Part shown: in pieces, positions 1-13,629 of the stretch | How positions within the stretch are numbered: the stretch's first letter is position 1 | How the letters are laid out: each line of letters opens with the position of its first letter | DNA from: Balanoglossus misakiensis | Lineage: Eukaryota > Animalia > Hemichordata | Direction of reading: 5' to 3' | NCBI GenBank assembly: GCA_040954595.2 | Contig: CM082581.2 | Coordinates: 3,836,699-3,900,698 of the forward strand | Length of the DNA stretch: 64,000 nucleotides | Notes under the pieces: generated by a model | What the model was told of the DNA's origin: nothing | Seen by the model: only the letters and a program-made list of their open reading frames with translations | Database searches by the model: none | Made by a program: the position numbers and the translations under genes

Positions 1-1740
1 TAACTATAAAGATTCACCAAATTTACAAATAATTGTATTTGAATCAAGCCTCTTGAAAACTTAAGTTTTCATGCTAATTTGGAATTCAAAATAGTAGGTT
101 TAGAGAGCCTGTGTCTGTAACTTTAGGCACAGAATATTGTTATTATTTGCAAATGTATTCAATTCTGGACTTGAATACAAATTGTTAACAATAACAATTA
201 AACTGTTCAAAAGTTATTGGAAGAATTTCATTAAAGTCTCCCAAACATTCAGGGGAAAAAAGGCAGACACAGAATGAAATTTCAAATGTAAAATAACTGA
301 AAATGTGTAAAAAATAGAAAACTTGTAAATACCACAATGTAATGTTTTTATCGTTAAAAAGTGTAAATAATGTGTTGCCTGTAAGCCAGGTTGCATAGGC
401 TCCTTGCTATTCAATTTATGAGCGAATTTACTGCTATTATGCCCTTCTCCACTAAATGGAATAACAGAATTATGCCCATAAGGCTTTTGCAAACACATTA
501 TTTATGTATTTATAAAGAAAATACTCAACAAAAAGTCTCTAAGCACTGTAAACACTCACACAATGCATAAGCATCATGGATGAACTGAAAATTTACCCTG
601 CAACAAAACCCAGAGGTAAAACCCTTTTTGGGAAAAGGGAAACTCTCTGGGAAAGCGCAAGTAACTATACAGATTCACCAAGTTTACAATAAATTGTATC
701 TGAAATTCATTCCTCTTGAAAACCTAAGTTTTAAATGAACATGCTAATTCGGCATACAAAAAAGTAGGTTTAGAGAGCCAGTACCTGTAACTTTAGGTAC
801 AGAACATTGTTATTATTGGCAAATGTATTCAATTCTGGACTTGAATACAAATTGTTAACAATAACAATTAAACTTAAACTGCTCAAAAATAATAAATATC
901 AAGCAAAAGCAAAAACCTTCTCATCTGATATAGTTATCAGAAAAATTTCACTAAAGTCTCCCAAACATTCAGGGGAAAAAAGGCAGACACAGAATGAAAT
1001 TTCAAATGTAAAATAACTGAAAATGTGTAAAAAATAGAAAACTTGTAAATACCACAATGGAATGTTTTTATCGTTAAAAAGTGTAAATAATGTGTTGCCT
1101 GTAAGCCATGTTGCATAGGCTCCTTGCTATTCAATTTATGAGCGAATTTACTGCTATTATGCCCCCCCCCCCTCAATAGAATAATCAAATTATGCATGTA
1201 AGGCTTTTGCAAACACATTATTTATGTATTTATAAAGAAAATGCTCATCAAAAAATCTCAAAGATCCCCAAATTGGGGAAAAAGGCATTATCACTGAGAT
1301 GAAAGTTGAAATCTTCATGTGCACAAACACACACTTAAACTGTTCAAAAATAATAAAAACTTTGCAATGTCAAGCGAAAGCAAAAATCTTCTCATCTGAT
1401 ATAGTTATTGGAAAAATTTCATTAAAGTCTCCCAAACATTCAGGGAAAAAAGGCAGACACAGAATGAGTGTTCAAATGTAAAATAACTGAAAGTGTGTGA
1501 ATTATAGAAAACTTGAAAATAACACAATGTAAACTTTTTTATTGTTAAAAATATATAAATAATGTGTTGCCTGTAAGCCATGTTGCATAGGCTCTTCACT
1601 ATTCAATTTTTGAGCGAATTTACTGCTATCATGCCCCCCCCCCCATAGAATAATCAAATTATGCCTATATGGCTTTTGCAAACACATTATGTATATATAA
1701 AATAAATTCTCATCAAAAATTCTCTAAATATGCAAAGAAA
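1..1740. repeat. AT-rich tandem repeat, unit ~470-720 bp
   Basis: AGGG(G)AAAAAAGGCAGACACAGAATG at ~251, 971 and 1442; the right copy has a period of ~476 bp (55515, 55991). Confidence 0.9.
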
Positions 1741-2257
1741 AAATGTGTCAAATAATCAGTGATGTCAAGCAAAAGCAAAATCATAAACTTAATATTAAAA
1801 TGTGAAGAATAAAAGAGATATACCGGTATATCAAACTAAATGTTGAACACCACCCACGCACGTGAGAAGCAACTAATGAACTGATCCCAGGAAACTATAC
1901 TGGACTTGAAGGATCTATTGCAAGTGTTTTTTTCATCATCAAATGCATATGGTATTATCAAATATATTGCAAATTGACACCTTCTTATCTGTTATAGCCA
2001 TTGGGAAAACTTCATTAAAGACACCCCCAACATCAGAGGGGGAAAAGACACATACGGAGATCAATGTTAAAATGTTGACACAACACAAACATATATATTC
2101 TTTATTTATTTTATTGGAAAGTACATTGAAGAACGCGGCAGATGTAAAAAGGCATATAATGAATTGAAGAGGGACAGCCATCTGGTGACTTCTTCTGCAA
2201 GGGTGGTGAACCCGCTTCATCCGATAACCAAATACAACTGACAACTCAAGACACCAA

Positions 2258-3962
2258 AGACCATGAAAATTCAAATATGAATTCAAAAACATAACCATGG
2301 CAACCACATATGCCAAAATACAACCAGGGTGTACTCCCAGACACCCAAAGATCATGAGAATTCAAATATGAATTCAAATATATAACCATGGCAACTACAT
2401 ATGCCAAAATACAACCAGAGCGTACTCCCAAACACCCAAAGACCATGAGAATTCAAATATGAATTCAAAAATATAACCATGGCAACCACATATGCCAAAA
2501 TACCACCAGAGAGTACTCCCAGACACCCAAAGACCCATGAGAATTCAAATATGAATTCAAAAATATCACCATGGCAACCACATATGCCAAAATACAACCA
2601 GAGAGTACTCCCATACACCCAAAGACCATGAGAATTCAAATATGAATTCAAAAATATAACCATGGCAACCACAGATGCCAAAATACAACCAGAGAGTACT
2701 CCCATACACCCAAAGACCATGAGAATTCAAATATGAATTCAAAAATATCACCATGGCAACCACATATGCCAAAATACAACCAGGGTGTACTCCCAGACAC
2801 CCAAAGATCATGAGAATTCAAATATGAATTCAAATATATAACCATGGCAACTACATATGCCAAAATACAACCAGAGAGTACTCCCAAACACCCAAAGACC
2901 ATGAGAATTCAAATATGAATTCAAAAATATAACCATGGCAACCACATATGCCAAAATACCACCAGAGAGTACTCCCAGACACCCAAAGACCCATGAGAAT
3001 TCAAATATGAATTCAAAAATATCACCATGGCAACCACATATGCCAAAATACAACCAGAGAGTACTCCCATACACCCAAAGACCATGAGAATTCAAATATG
3101 AATTCAAAAATATAACCATGGCAACCACAGATGCCAAAATACAACCAGAGAGTACTCCCATACACCCAAAGACCATGAGAATTCAAATATGAATTCAAAA
3201 ATATCACCATGGCAACCACATATGCCAAAATACAACCAGAGAGTACTCCCATACACCCAAAGACCATGAGAATTCAAATATGAATTCAAAAATATCACCA
3301 TGGCAACTAAATATGCCAAAATACAACCAGAGAGTACTCCCAGACACCCAAAGACCATGAGAATTCAAATATGAATTCAAAAATATCACCATGGCAACCA
3401 CATATGCCAAAATACAACCAGAGAGTACTCCCAGACACCCAAAGACCCATGAGAATTCAAATATGAATTCAAAAATATCACCATGGCAACCACATATGCC
3501 AAAATACCACCAGAGAGTACTCCCAGACACCCAAAGACCCATGAGAATTCAAATATGAATTCAAAAATATCACCATGGCAACCACATATGCCAAAATACA
3601 ACCAGAGAGTACTCCCAGACACCCAAAGGCCCATGAGAATTCAAATATGAAATCAAAAATATCACCATGGCAACCACATATGCCAAAATACAACCAGAGA
3701 GTGCTCCCAGACACCCAAAGACCATGAGAATTCAAATATGAATTCAAAAATATCACCATGGCAACTAAATATGCCAAAATACAACCAGAGAGTACTCCCA
3801 GACACCCTAAGACCCATGAGAATTCAAATATGAATTCAAAAATATCACCATGGCAACCACATATGCCAAAATACAACCAGAGAGTACTCCCAGACACCCA
3901 AAGACCATGAGAATTCAAATATGAATTCAAAAATATCACCATGGCAACCACATATGCCGAAA
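2258..3962. repeat. 91/92-bp satellite, ~18.6 copies, with a 456-bp (5-mer) higher-order duplication
   Basis: Unit GACCATGAGAATTCAAATATGAATTCAAAAATATCACCATGGCAACCACATATGCCAAAATACAACCAGAGAGTACTCCCAGACACCCAAA. ORFs 2352-2720 and 2808-3176 are identical at a 456-bp offset. Confidence 0.97.
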
Positions 3963-4189
3963 TAGAACTTACGAACTCCAAAAAAATCAATACAACCATA
4001 AAACTCTCAGTTACCTATCAAAAATCGCAGACCCAAAAAATGTAGTCTCCATAGAAAACAATCAGGAAAGGACGTTGGAGCAGTCTTGCCACTGGTCATC
4101 AAGATGCACTACAGAATGAAAATAAATTACACCACTCGCAAACAAATATACCTTATACATGCATATAGGTACACACTCACACAGACCCT

Positions 4190-4650
4190 TGGGTAGTGGG
4201 TAGGGTAAGGTAGGATACAGGGCAGGGGTGGGGACAAGGCAGCTAGGGGAAAGGACAGGGCAGGGAGCAAGCCTAGGTAGAGGGGCAGGATATGATAGGG
4301 AAGAGGGGCAGGACAGGGAACAGGGTTCCGGTAGGGGGTATGACAGGGAATGGGGTAGAGGGCAGGACAGGCAGGGAACAGGGTACCGGTAGGGGTATGA
4401 CAGGGAATGGGGTAGAGGGCAGGACAGGCAGGGAACGGGGTACCGGTAGGGGGTATGACAGGGAATGGGGTAGAGGGCAGGACAGGCAGGGAACAGGGTT
4501 GGGGTATAGGACAGGGAACAGGGTAGAGGGCAGGAGAGGGGCTGGGAACATGGTAGAGAGGCAGGACAGGGAACAGGGTAGATGGGTCAGGGCAAGACTG
4601 GGGACAGGATGGGGCAGGAGAGGATGGAACAGGGAACAGAGTAAAAGGGA
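4190..4650 (+). repeat. G-rich minisatellite (~60-bp unit x3), G-quadruplex potential
   Basis: GGGTAGAGGGCAGGACAGGCAGGGAACAGGGTACCGGTAGGGG units with dense GGG runs. Confidence 0.9.
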
Positions 4651-5484
4651 CATATTTAGCAGGCCAAAGAAGAAGAAGAAATCCCACAATACCAATAGGG
4701 GCCCAAGCCATCATGGAAACAATGGCCATTAAATCTCTATTTCTTTTACATTCATACAAATCATACTTTCAAAATGTACTAGAAAATCATGCCTATATCA
4801 AGTACAATGATGAGATAAGGACAATTCAAATTTATAAAGAGAGAGAGAGAGCAAGTCGATCAATATGCGGTGATAGTTAACTGTTTATTGTCATGTTTCC
4901 TTTCAAGTTTCGTGTAATACAGGAATAATGCAGTATTCCCTTTTATTGTTTAACATCAAGCTTATCTGAACTTTACTTTTTCTATATACGAGTGCAATAA
5001 TATTATGCTCTCTAAGGATGAATGGTAAACACCTGAAGGCTGCTGTATCCAGTGCAATTACCAGTAGTGATAATTTACACACAGTGCTTTACAGTTACGT
5101 GCAATGATTGTTGTGCCTATAGGACCCAACAACCTTCAGGTTATGCTCAACAAATCGCAGTGATAATTTAGGACTATTTCAATGGCAAACTTAAAGCAGT
5201 GTTGGCATACTGAAATGTAATTTAATTTTAACCTGCTCCCTCTCTTTCTGACACAGTACAGATTATACAATGTCCATTTACAACAAATGTGGGGAAGTTC
5301 TGTTCTTGAAATGACGATGAAAACTAACGAAGTTGGTCATTGAAAGAAAGTCATCTTGTCCACGGAAACATCTCTGCATCTGATGAACTGGCCTTTGCAT
5401 TCATGCATGTATCCTCTTCTTTCCTAGAACAGAAGACAAAATTACACTTACCTTTAATTGAATTATCATAGCAACTAAAAGACA

Positions 5485-5837
5485 TTAAAAGGATTACGAT
5501 CTTCTTGTGCACATGTGCCAGACCAGAGACTCTGGTTACAAAATTTGAATACAGTCAATGCCATAAGGCAGTGAGGGTGCTGTCCTAACAACAGACAAGA
5601 TGGCAGCAACCATAGTCTGTGTCAGAGATTGGGTAAAGACAGCAAATGGGGTGAAAAGAAGGGACAAAACTAAAGTCTACTTATACCAGTATGGTGCTCA
5701 AGGAAAAGTGGATGGATGCTAATGCAGTCCACTATTTGAATGTGTCAAACACAGAATTTGCAGAACATTTGGATTGGACATCATGTTTGCACACATGAAA
5801 TTACGCACATGTGCATAAGATGATCATCAGACTTTAA
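5485..5837. mobile_element. Dispersed TTAA-bounded repeat, family 3
   Basis: Core CAGTCAATGCCATAAGGCAGTG..CTAACAACAGACAAGATGG..CCATAGTCTG recurs at 27730-28028, ~59852-60207 and inverted at ~48775-48907. The ends are imperfect inverted repeats next to TTAA. Confidence 0.7.
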
Positions 5838-6117
5838 CTTTCACACAGAATTAAAAATGTACTCTGGGACATGGGACACGGCCTAAGATTCGGCAAAATC
5901 CAATCAGGTGATTTCATTATCAATATGCTTGTTGGTGCACATTGACAGCCAGACATAAATGTAACGAAGTAGAGTAGATTTCAACATGTAGTCTCCATAA
6001 AAAAAAGCTAACAAACATGAGTAAAGAAAGTCTTGTCAAAGCATAGTGCCAAGGACTCTGTGGTCCCATCTGGGGATTACACAGAACGATGTACACCGGA
6101 ATAACTGGATATCTACA

Positions 6118-7195
6118 ATTATCACATACATAGACCCAGTTATCCCTATAGTGTGACGTCACACTATAGGTATATGACCTCGGCGAATGCATTTTTCAGA
6201 TGTGTTGAATATGGATGCCAGGACTATTTACTTTATTGAAACAAACAAACAAAAATCAGCCGTTCTCGATCTGAAATATGCCCGAAACCCAAAAGTGGGA
6301 GGGTTATAGGAAAATATGGGGTATTAAAGCACATGTCTAAAATGTGAAATGAGCATGACAAATTCAAGTTAAACGTCAGGATCGACATCGCTGGAGCGTC
6401 CAGCAGCACACTCGGCAGTCAACAGGTCGAGAAGCAGGTGAGTGACGAACATTTATTATTTCAGACAGTATCAACGACACTTCTCTGGACATGAACGTCA
6501 GAGGAGAAAAGCCAATTTAATCTAGAAATTCCCTAGGATGTTCAGTTAATTTTCCAGAATTTCAATAAAATCTATTCACCATGAACTCTGGTTATATTTT
6601 CGGTTTCCAAGCCGCAATTTCTCTGTGTTTCTTGAATAAAAGTTTGCGTTTTGATATTAAACTGACACATAATATAATATAAATGTTTAACGACGACTTT
6701 ATTGCTGAAGTATTTCACAAATTTGATATGCTGCTTGCAATATATATTCAAAAAGCCAATGTTGTTCGACACTGTTGTAAAATGTCCGACCTTGTCAACA
6801 ATGAGGCCGCGCTGGCAATCCAAGTAACGTTCAGTTTTCTGAATTTGTCGTGTTATCAGTGTTTTCATCCCTACCAAAAAATATCGTCAGTTGAAGTGAT
6901 ACCTCTTGTCTCTTGTATGATTTCACTCAGAAATAATACGATAAATTTAACCTTCGCGGGCCATTACAGCTGATCACAGTTTTTAATGTCTGGTTAATTG
7001 GTGACCCCGACCGCATAACATGATCTGTCGAGCTTTGAAAATAGTGTCATCTTTTATTATTAAACTCATTTTAATGGAAACTGGGTCTATGTATGTGACT
7101 CTGCTCGGAGGTATACGGCCGCTATAGAGGGAATCACTTGTCCGTGATGCAGACACACTCATTCGAAATACGGGGGACTTATACATAATTATATT
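6118..7195. mobile_element. CpG-rich insertion bounded by 20-bp inverted repeats, only in the left duplicate
   Basis: TCACATACATAGACCCAGTT (~6122-41) / AACTGGGTCTATGTATGTGA (~7079-99). The paralogous interval 60490-61010 carries unrelated sequence. Confidence 0.65.
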
Positions 7196-7319
7196 AGGTA
7201 GCTGGCCTGTCTAGGGTGTATGCATAAGCTAATCAAAGTTCGGGACATGTAAAATTGTTCTCCTGTTTTTAAATTCAATACAATATTCAAGTTATCCGAT
7301 AATGAAACCGGCCGAAAGT

Positions 7320-8400
7320 GGAAGTGCAAAATGAGTCGCCTTTTACACTCCAGGTGACAGGGGGTGTCTTGAAACTGACCTCCATTGGATTTGGATGGTG
7401 GGAATTTGCAGCTTCAATAGTTACCTTGGAAATCTGCTTGGCTGCTCTACAGGCAATCACATCTCTATATGATTGTTTAGGTTGGCAGATTGTGTAGGTT
7501 GGCAGGTGTTCATCATCAGAGTTAAACTTATTCATCTGCAAAACATGAAAAAAGACCAATACATGTATTTTGTGTCCAACAACACAATGGTCAAATGTAG
7601 CAGATGATCTGTCTTTATGGACAATACAATGCCAATACGTCCAAAATGAGCCATTAAAATCTATATGCTGTCATCCATGCACAATGAGTTGCTTATCTCC
7701 AGGTGACAGGGGGTGTCTTGAAACTGACCTCCATTGGATTTGGATGGTGGGGAGTTGCAGCTTCAATAGTTACCTTGGAAATCTGCTTGGCTGCTCTACA
7801 GGCATTCACATCTCTATATGATTGTTTAGGTTGGCAGATTGTGTAGGTTGGCAGTTGTGATTGTTTATCTGCAAAAAATAAACAAAAATACACCAATACA
7901 TATTTTGTGTCAAACAGCACAAAAGTAAAATGTAGCAGCTGATCTCTTCCAAGATGAGTAATTAAAATCTATATATGCTGTCATCCATGGTGTCTACTGA
8001 CTCCTGAAGACCAAGTTTTACCTTACCCTTCCTTTGAATCTGCTTGGTGGCTCTACAGGCATTCACACAGATCTAGTTAGGCAGATGTTGATCATCAGAG
8101 AAACTTCTGTGCACAAATGAAAAATATGCCAATAAAAAATTTTCTGTCAAACAAAACGACAGTAAAATGTATCTATGGATAGATGATTTCCTGTCTTCAT
8201 GAACAATACAAGACGCTATAGAGAGATCTTCATTGAGGTTCATGAATGTAATGACTACTTCAATGGCTGCTCACATAAAAATAATTTGCATACTCACACC
8301 ACAGGAACCATGTTACCTGCTTACTAGCTTGGCATCTGGGCTGGAGGATACATTGCATCATGGGCTGGAGGATTGTTGCATCATTGCAATCTGAAACTAA
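7320..8400 (-). other. Tandem exon-like units (3 copies) plus a 74-nt exon-like segment
   Basis: Pyrimidine tract+CAG ... AG|GTAA on the minus strand: 7425-7535, 7774-7868, ~8028-8106 and 8317-8390. Confidence 0.55.
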
Positions 8401-9044
8401 CAAGAAAAACATGTGTAAATAAACAATTATAACTGACTGCTATAGACTGCAACTTGGCTGCTAACAAACTCCAAAACCTGCAACAAATAATAAATAGTAA
8501 ATATTAACTCATGATCATAGACAGGGCGGGTTTTATGTCATCTATCGTATACTTCCTTAACATTGTGCTGCTTTTCAGATCGCTGATACAGTATACACGT
8601 GACATTATCCATTGTAAAACTCTAGGATCTGATAAACTTAATTCATTACCCTATCGACTAACAAAACATGAAACTATCTCCACTTCAATGGGAGAAACAT
8701 GGACCAGTACTCAGTCAACAAATCACTGCAAATCACAAAATCCCACTGGGGAATAAAAAATTCTATAAATTATACCAACAAATTATCCCCCAGTAGTTAT
8801 CACATTTCAACATTTTATTTATTATAATTGCTATACTATGCCTAATTTTAGCTCGTTAATGGAAAATCACCATAAAAATTTATGCATAGTTTTGAGTTCA
8901 AGAAAACGACACAGTGCTAAAAACTGTACAAATTATTAATGGGCTTTTCAGTTATTCCCTAAAATCATCATCATAAATATTTACTAAATTATGCCTTTGA
9001 GCTATTAGCAAACTTGACAATATCACTACAAATTCAACACATTT

Positions 9045-9245
9045 ATCGTCGTCGTCAACATCATCATCACTGTATTTGCTAAATTATCATCATTATTATC
9101 ATCATCGTCATTATTACTGTTGTTATTATATAATCATCATCATCACTATCGTTATTTTTTATCATCACCATCACCATCATCATCATCATCATCATCATCA
9201 CAACCACCATCACCAGCAATACAAGTATCAACGACATCACCAAAC
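9045..9245. repeat. (CAT)n / (TAT)n microsatellite
   Basis: CAT/CAC runs; shorter paralog at ~63418-63500 and another patch at ~10605-10740. Confidence 0.9.
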
Positions 9246-11874
9246 AATAAGCAACTAGAATTACCATGAAAACTGCAACCACCATCACCTACTTTACAGG
9301 GAAAAAAACCCAAAATATTAATTAAATGACCCATGAAAATCACAAACTTTCAACCAATGGCATCCTACAAAGTCACTAGTTTATTAATCTAGCTATAATA
9401 TACTCTTAAATATTACGTTTATTCAGTAGGTAAATTAGTTAGTCTAAGAATTTTATAATTATATTAAACCTTCAATTGGTAAATATTCATATGCATAGTT
9501 GACATATACATGTACACCAGTAATTCTGAATGTTGATTTTATTTAAATTACTGCAACTTCCATAACAGACATGTTGCTATGCAAATTGCTTTCCAATTTA
9601 CAAATGAGCGCACACTTCATTGATAAAGGGGGGGGGGGGAGACAATGAGCTGTTGGTGAAACTGACTGGATGGTATTAAACACAATACAATACAGGTATT
9701 CCCGTACACATCTGAAATACAAATCTTACATAATGCTATGTTTATTTAATAATCTGGAATAAAATCATGCATTCAAATTGTTCAATACAAAAAATTGTGA
9801 TCACAATGTCTTAAAACACCAGTTAAATAAATTAGAAGCTTTAACTCATAAACACTCTGAGTGAGTGGTTACATCATGTTTGTGAGTGCAAGGTATAGTA
9901 TGTCATGTTTGCGAGTGCAAGGTATGTAATGACATCCCCAAATCTGACTGGCCAGGTCAGAATGGGGTAACCCACATGGAATATTATACAAAACACATTA
10001 AATACCACAGTCTATCCAACTGCAGTGTCATTGTATAAACCAGAACAACAGAGAATCATAAGATGCACATTCCTAGAAAAAAAGAGAACTTCATTTAGTT
10101 AACAATAACAGTCATATCAATACACCAGTCGTAAATGTTTTCACCAACAGCTCAATGTACTAGGGTCATCTTACTCTAGTTTGCTAGTTTGTACACAGAA
10201 TTATCTGTCTCACAGAACTCTATACACAGAATCACAAAGTGATGAATATTTAAGATGAATGTGACTGACTGTTTGGATGATAATACACCAAAGTGTGTAA
10301 TGTTGGTTAAATTAAACCTTCACTAACAAATTTATCTGTTACTTTGTACCACTATGACTATAAAATGTCATGGCTATTCTGTATTCAGACAGAAGTGAAC
10401 ATTGCACCCATTATTGCGGATTAAATTAAGACCATTAAGAATCAAATAATCACCACGTGACCTATATATACCATTCAAACAATATTCATCTCAACCGTTT
10501 TCATTACAAAGTATCCAGAAAATCCACCTATCTGACAATATCACGCTGACATACACTATGAAGAAACTAGTTATTGGTATCTTTCTTACACAGCCATAAA
10601 GTACTCATCACCATCATCATCATCATCGTCGTAACCATAATCATTATTAGTTATTATTTTTGTTATACCATCATCAACATCATTTTCATTCTTACTGTTT
10701 TATAGTTAAGACATCATCATCATCATCATAATCATTAGTTATTATTGTAATATCACCTTCATTATCAAGGTCTCATAATTTTACTGAGTCATTCAAGGGG
10801 TACTCTTGTTTAATATGTAGTTTGAAACTTTATCATTACCTTATCCTATAAACCCTCAAACTTATAATTTTAAGCAGTAATATACATTTGATACTATTAT
10901 CCCTGTCTATTATTTAATTATTTGTATATTTTTCACTTGGTTTAAATGTTTTGTCTTTAATCAAACTGCAGTTTACAAACTTCAATTGTTCACTCTTACC
11001 TTACCCAATCCACTGGTTTCCAGTGGAAATTACTCTTGGTTCTATGCATTGTACAGTTCTCTATACACATTTCATTCACAAATTGACTGTTCTCAAAGTA
11101 AATTTGTCTATCAATTATTGTTTTAAGACATATAACTGCTACAATTTCATCGCGACTGACAGTGTGATCAATACAGTACAGGTATATTCATCCTCCTCAC
11201 AATACATTTGCATTTGAAAAACCTTAATAAGTTCACGCAAACTAAATACAGCAGATGCTTACCGTGCTTTGCAGGAGGCTAGAGTTTTCAATTCTGCACC
11301 ATCTGGAAATTGTAAATTTCAGGTGCCAAGCAAAAGAATAAAAACACATGAATAAGAAAAATACTTCCCTTATCAAGCATTAGCAGTAGCACTGTACATC
11401 CATTTCTGTAATCTTCAACTCCCCAAAGACTTAACAGATCACGTGGAAAGATCCTCCTGCAAGAAAGTTGGAAACAATGGGTAACAGAAACTCACACATA
11501 GAATATCATTATCTTCCAATGTATACAGTCACCACGAAAATTAAGCCACTGTGTTTCCATTAGGTTTTTTCTAGTTGCGTACACTATACCCATAAACTGT
11601 AGAAAATGTGTAGACTAAAAATGATGTGTACAGAGACCTCATAACCAAAAGAAAAATGTCCCACTACACAACGTCTATTATCAGTGACCAGACATTAGGA
11701 ATGTTCTGTGGATTGTGCAGAAAATTGGAAATGGTAATCATGGAGGTGGTGTCTGGTTAACCAAACCCAATATTTCATACCGAGAAGACCGCATACGACT
11801 CCACGCCGACTCTGTCTGTCACCGCACAGCAGTCAGACAGGAAGCAGACTCAGCCGGCTGATTCGGCAAGTGGT

Positions 11875-13073
11875 GGGGGCATTGTTGCATCATTCGAGAA
11901 GGTCATCACAGAGGAGATGCAAGCTTTCATTGATGCTTTTAGGTGTACCGGTATGTATTTCCTAATGCATCGGGAACTTCCCCACACCACCAATTTCACA
12001 CACATTGTAGATAAACACAACTATACTTACACCTCAGAGAACACAACTATTCTAACACTTCAGAGAGATCGATGCAAGAGATGGTGTATTGTATTGGTAA
12101 ATTCCGGTTATTTATCATTGTACTCTTTAGTAATGCTTAAAGTGTAAAAAGTTATGTCAAAAATGGTGAAAACCAGTCATTGCCAAATAGAAATACCAGT
12201 ATTATTCGTGTTATAAGTGCCCTGACAAATTCAATCTTTTTACTTTTGCCACGTCAAGTTATTCACGAAGAAATCTTTGAAAGATAGCAGCAGAGCCGAT
12301 ATATCTCACTTCTGATAGACGAGACTACTGATATTTCCATTAAGAAGCAATTGATCATCTACTCAAAGTATGTGAAAGATGGACAATCAAAGGTTTCTTT
12401 TTTAGCACAGAGGAGGTAAGTGCTAATTATGTGTGATAAAGAATGATTAAGCATATATACATATTATAACTTTTATGGATTTTTATTGGTGCATGTAAAT
12501 GATTCCAGCCAAAATCATCAACATTTCCCACAGGGTCATCTACCATAGGTATAATGTCCATTTTTCTATTGTGAAGTTTGAATCACAATTGAAAGTAAAA
12601 GCAATTATATGTATTGTTCATACAGGTTACTGATGGACGAGCAGAGACTCTGACCCAGTGTATAATTTAAGTCCTAAAGACATCACACTGAATGATAGAC
12701 TATGCGGACTTGGCAGTGATGGAGCTGCTGTTATGGTGGGGAAGAGAACTGGGGTAGAGGCCAGATAAGACTGAATGTGGTGTGCTTATGAAGCTATTCA
12801 CTGTGGTACTTTCTGACGCGAAAACTTTGTTGTGAGCCATTTATCAAACAAATTGAGTGTTGTGTTTTAACAAAAAAAACATGTTTTTTCTACTGTACAG
12901 TATCTAGTATACCAGTAATGGTCTCTCATCATTGCATTGCCCATCGCTTGGCATTAGCTGTTGGGCAGGTGGCAAACAGCATGAGCTACATTAAGAATTT
13001 CAATGACACTTTGGACAGTTTATTTTGCTTTTATGAATATTCACCAGTGAGGTCTGCATTGAAGCCAATCCAG
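11875..13073 (+). mobile_element. Decayed, intron-containing hAT transposase remnant (ZNF862-like)
   Basis: Broken frames give MYFLMHRELPHTTNF (~11953), NYTYTSE, DETTDISIKKQLIIYSKYV (~12318, first catalytic D region), VTDGRAETL, LGSDGAAVMVGKRTGV (~12710) and HCIAHRLALA (~12929, hAT CxxH motif). GTAAG/GTAAT donors and AG acceptors lie between blocks; stops and frameshifts are present. Confidence 0.8.
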
Positions 13074-13629
13074 GTAATTGCATGTTAACTTACGCAAATC
13101 ATGAAAATGTAAGGATTAAATAAACAACAAAGTTTTATGGCTTCGCAATATAGTTACTGATTGAAATAAATATGCTTGGTCCTGTAATCTGTTAATTTAA
13201 ATTATAACTGCAAGCTAGATGCTAATTGGCTGTTTTAAAAAGCAGGTGTAGAGCCTGTGCCTGGATGTTTGGCTAATATGCAAATTTGCTCGTTTTAAAG
13301 CTCAGTCCCTTTCAGTGGGCAGTTTTTCTTTTGGTATCACTGACCACTATTGTGTGTGCCATCAGTTTGTTTCTCTCCACACGGCCCAACAAATTTCAGG
13401 TTTCAGAAATTTGTGCTTGAGCGCGTGCAGTTACTATCGTCTTCTGAAAACGTCACAATCTGAGGCAAGTTATTTTCTGGTTGAATGTGAATTTACTTTA
13501 CCCTGCAGAAGTTCAACATTTTATCACCCTTTTTATATGACAACTGGTAGGTGACATGGCACTTTTCCTGGAGGCAATATGGTTATGATAAAATGTCAAT
13601 TATTTTCTTATATTTTTCTTTGTTCTTTC

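Larger units (their letters stand above)
1..9767. repeat. Segmental duplication, left copy (open at window start)
   Basis: Position 1 matches 54942 (TAACTATAAAGATTCACCAAATTTAC) and 9748-9767 matches 63981-64000. Colinear and same orientation throughout, with many substitutions and indels. Confidence 0.95.

Noticed and set aside
2258-3962. CRISPR-like array
   Set aside because: Whole 91-bp units repeat with no unique spacers, there are no cas genes and the context is eukaryotic; it is a satellite.
1939-3999. Hydrophobic ORFs (MVFGCLGVLSG..) as membrane proteins
   Set aside because: Translations of the satellite; the 91/92-bp period shifts frame with every unit.
4127-4759. Pro-rich and Gly/Arg-rich ORFs, also at 57243-58089
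   Set aside because: Stop-poor minisatellite open in several frames on both strands and not frame-conserved between paralogs.
9076-9343. Poly-His / poly-Met / poly-Asp ORFs
   Set aside because: Artefact of a (CAT)n microsatellite.
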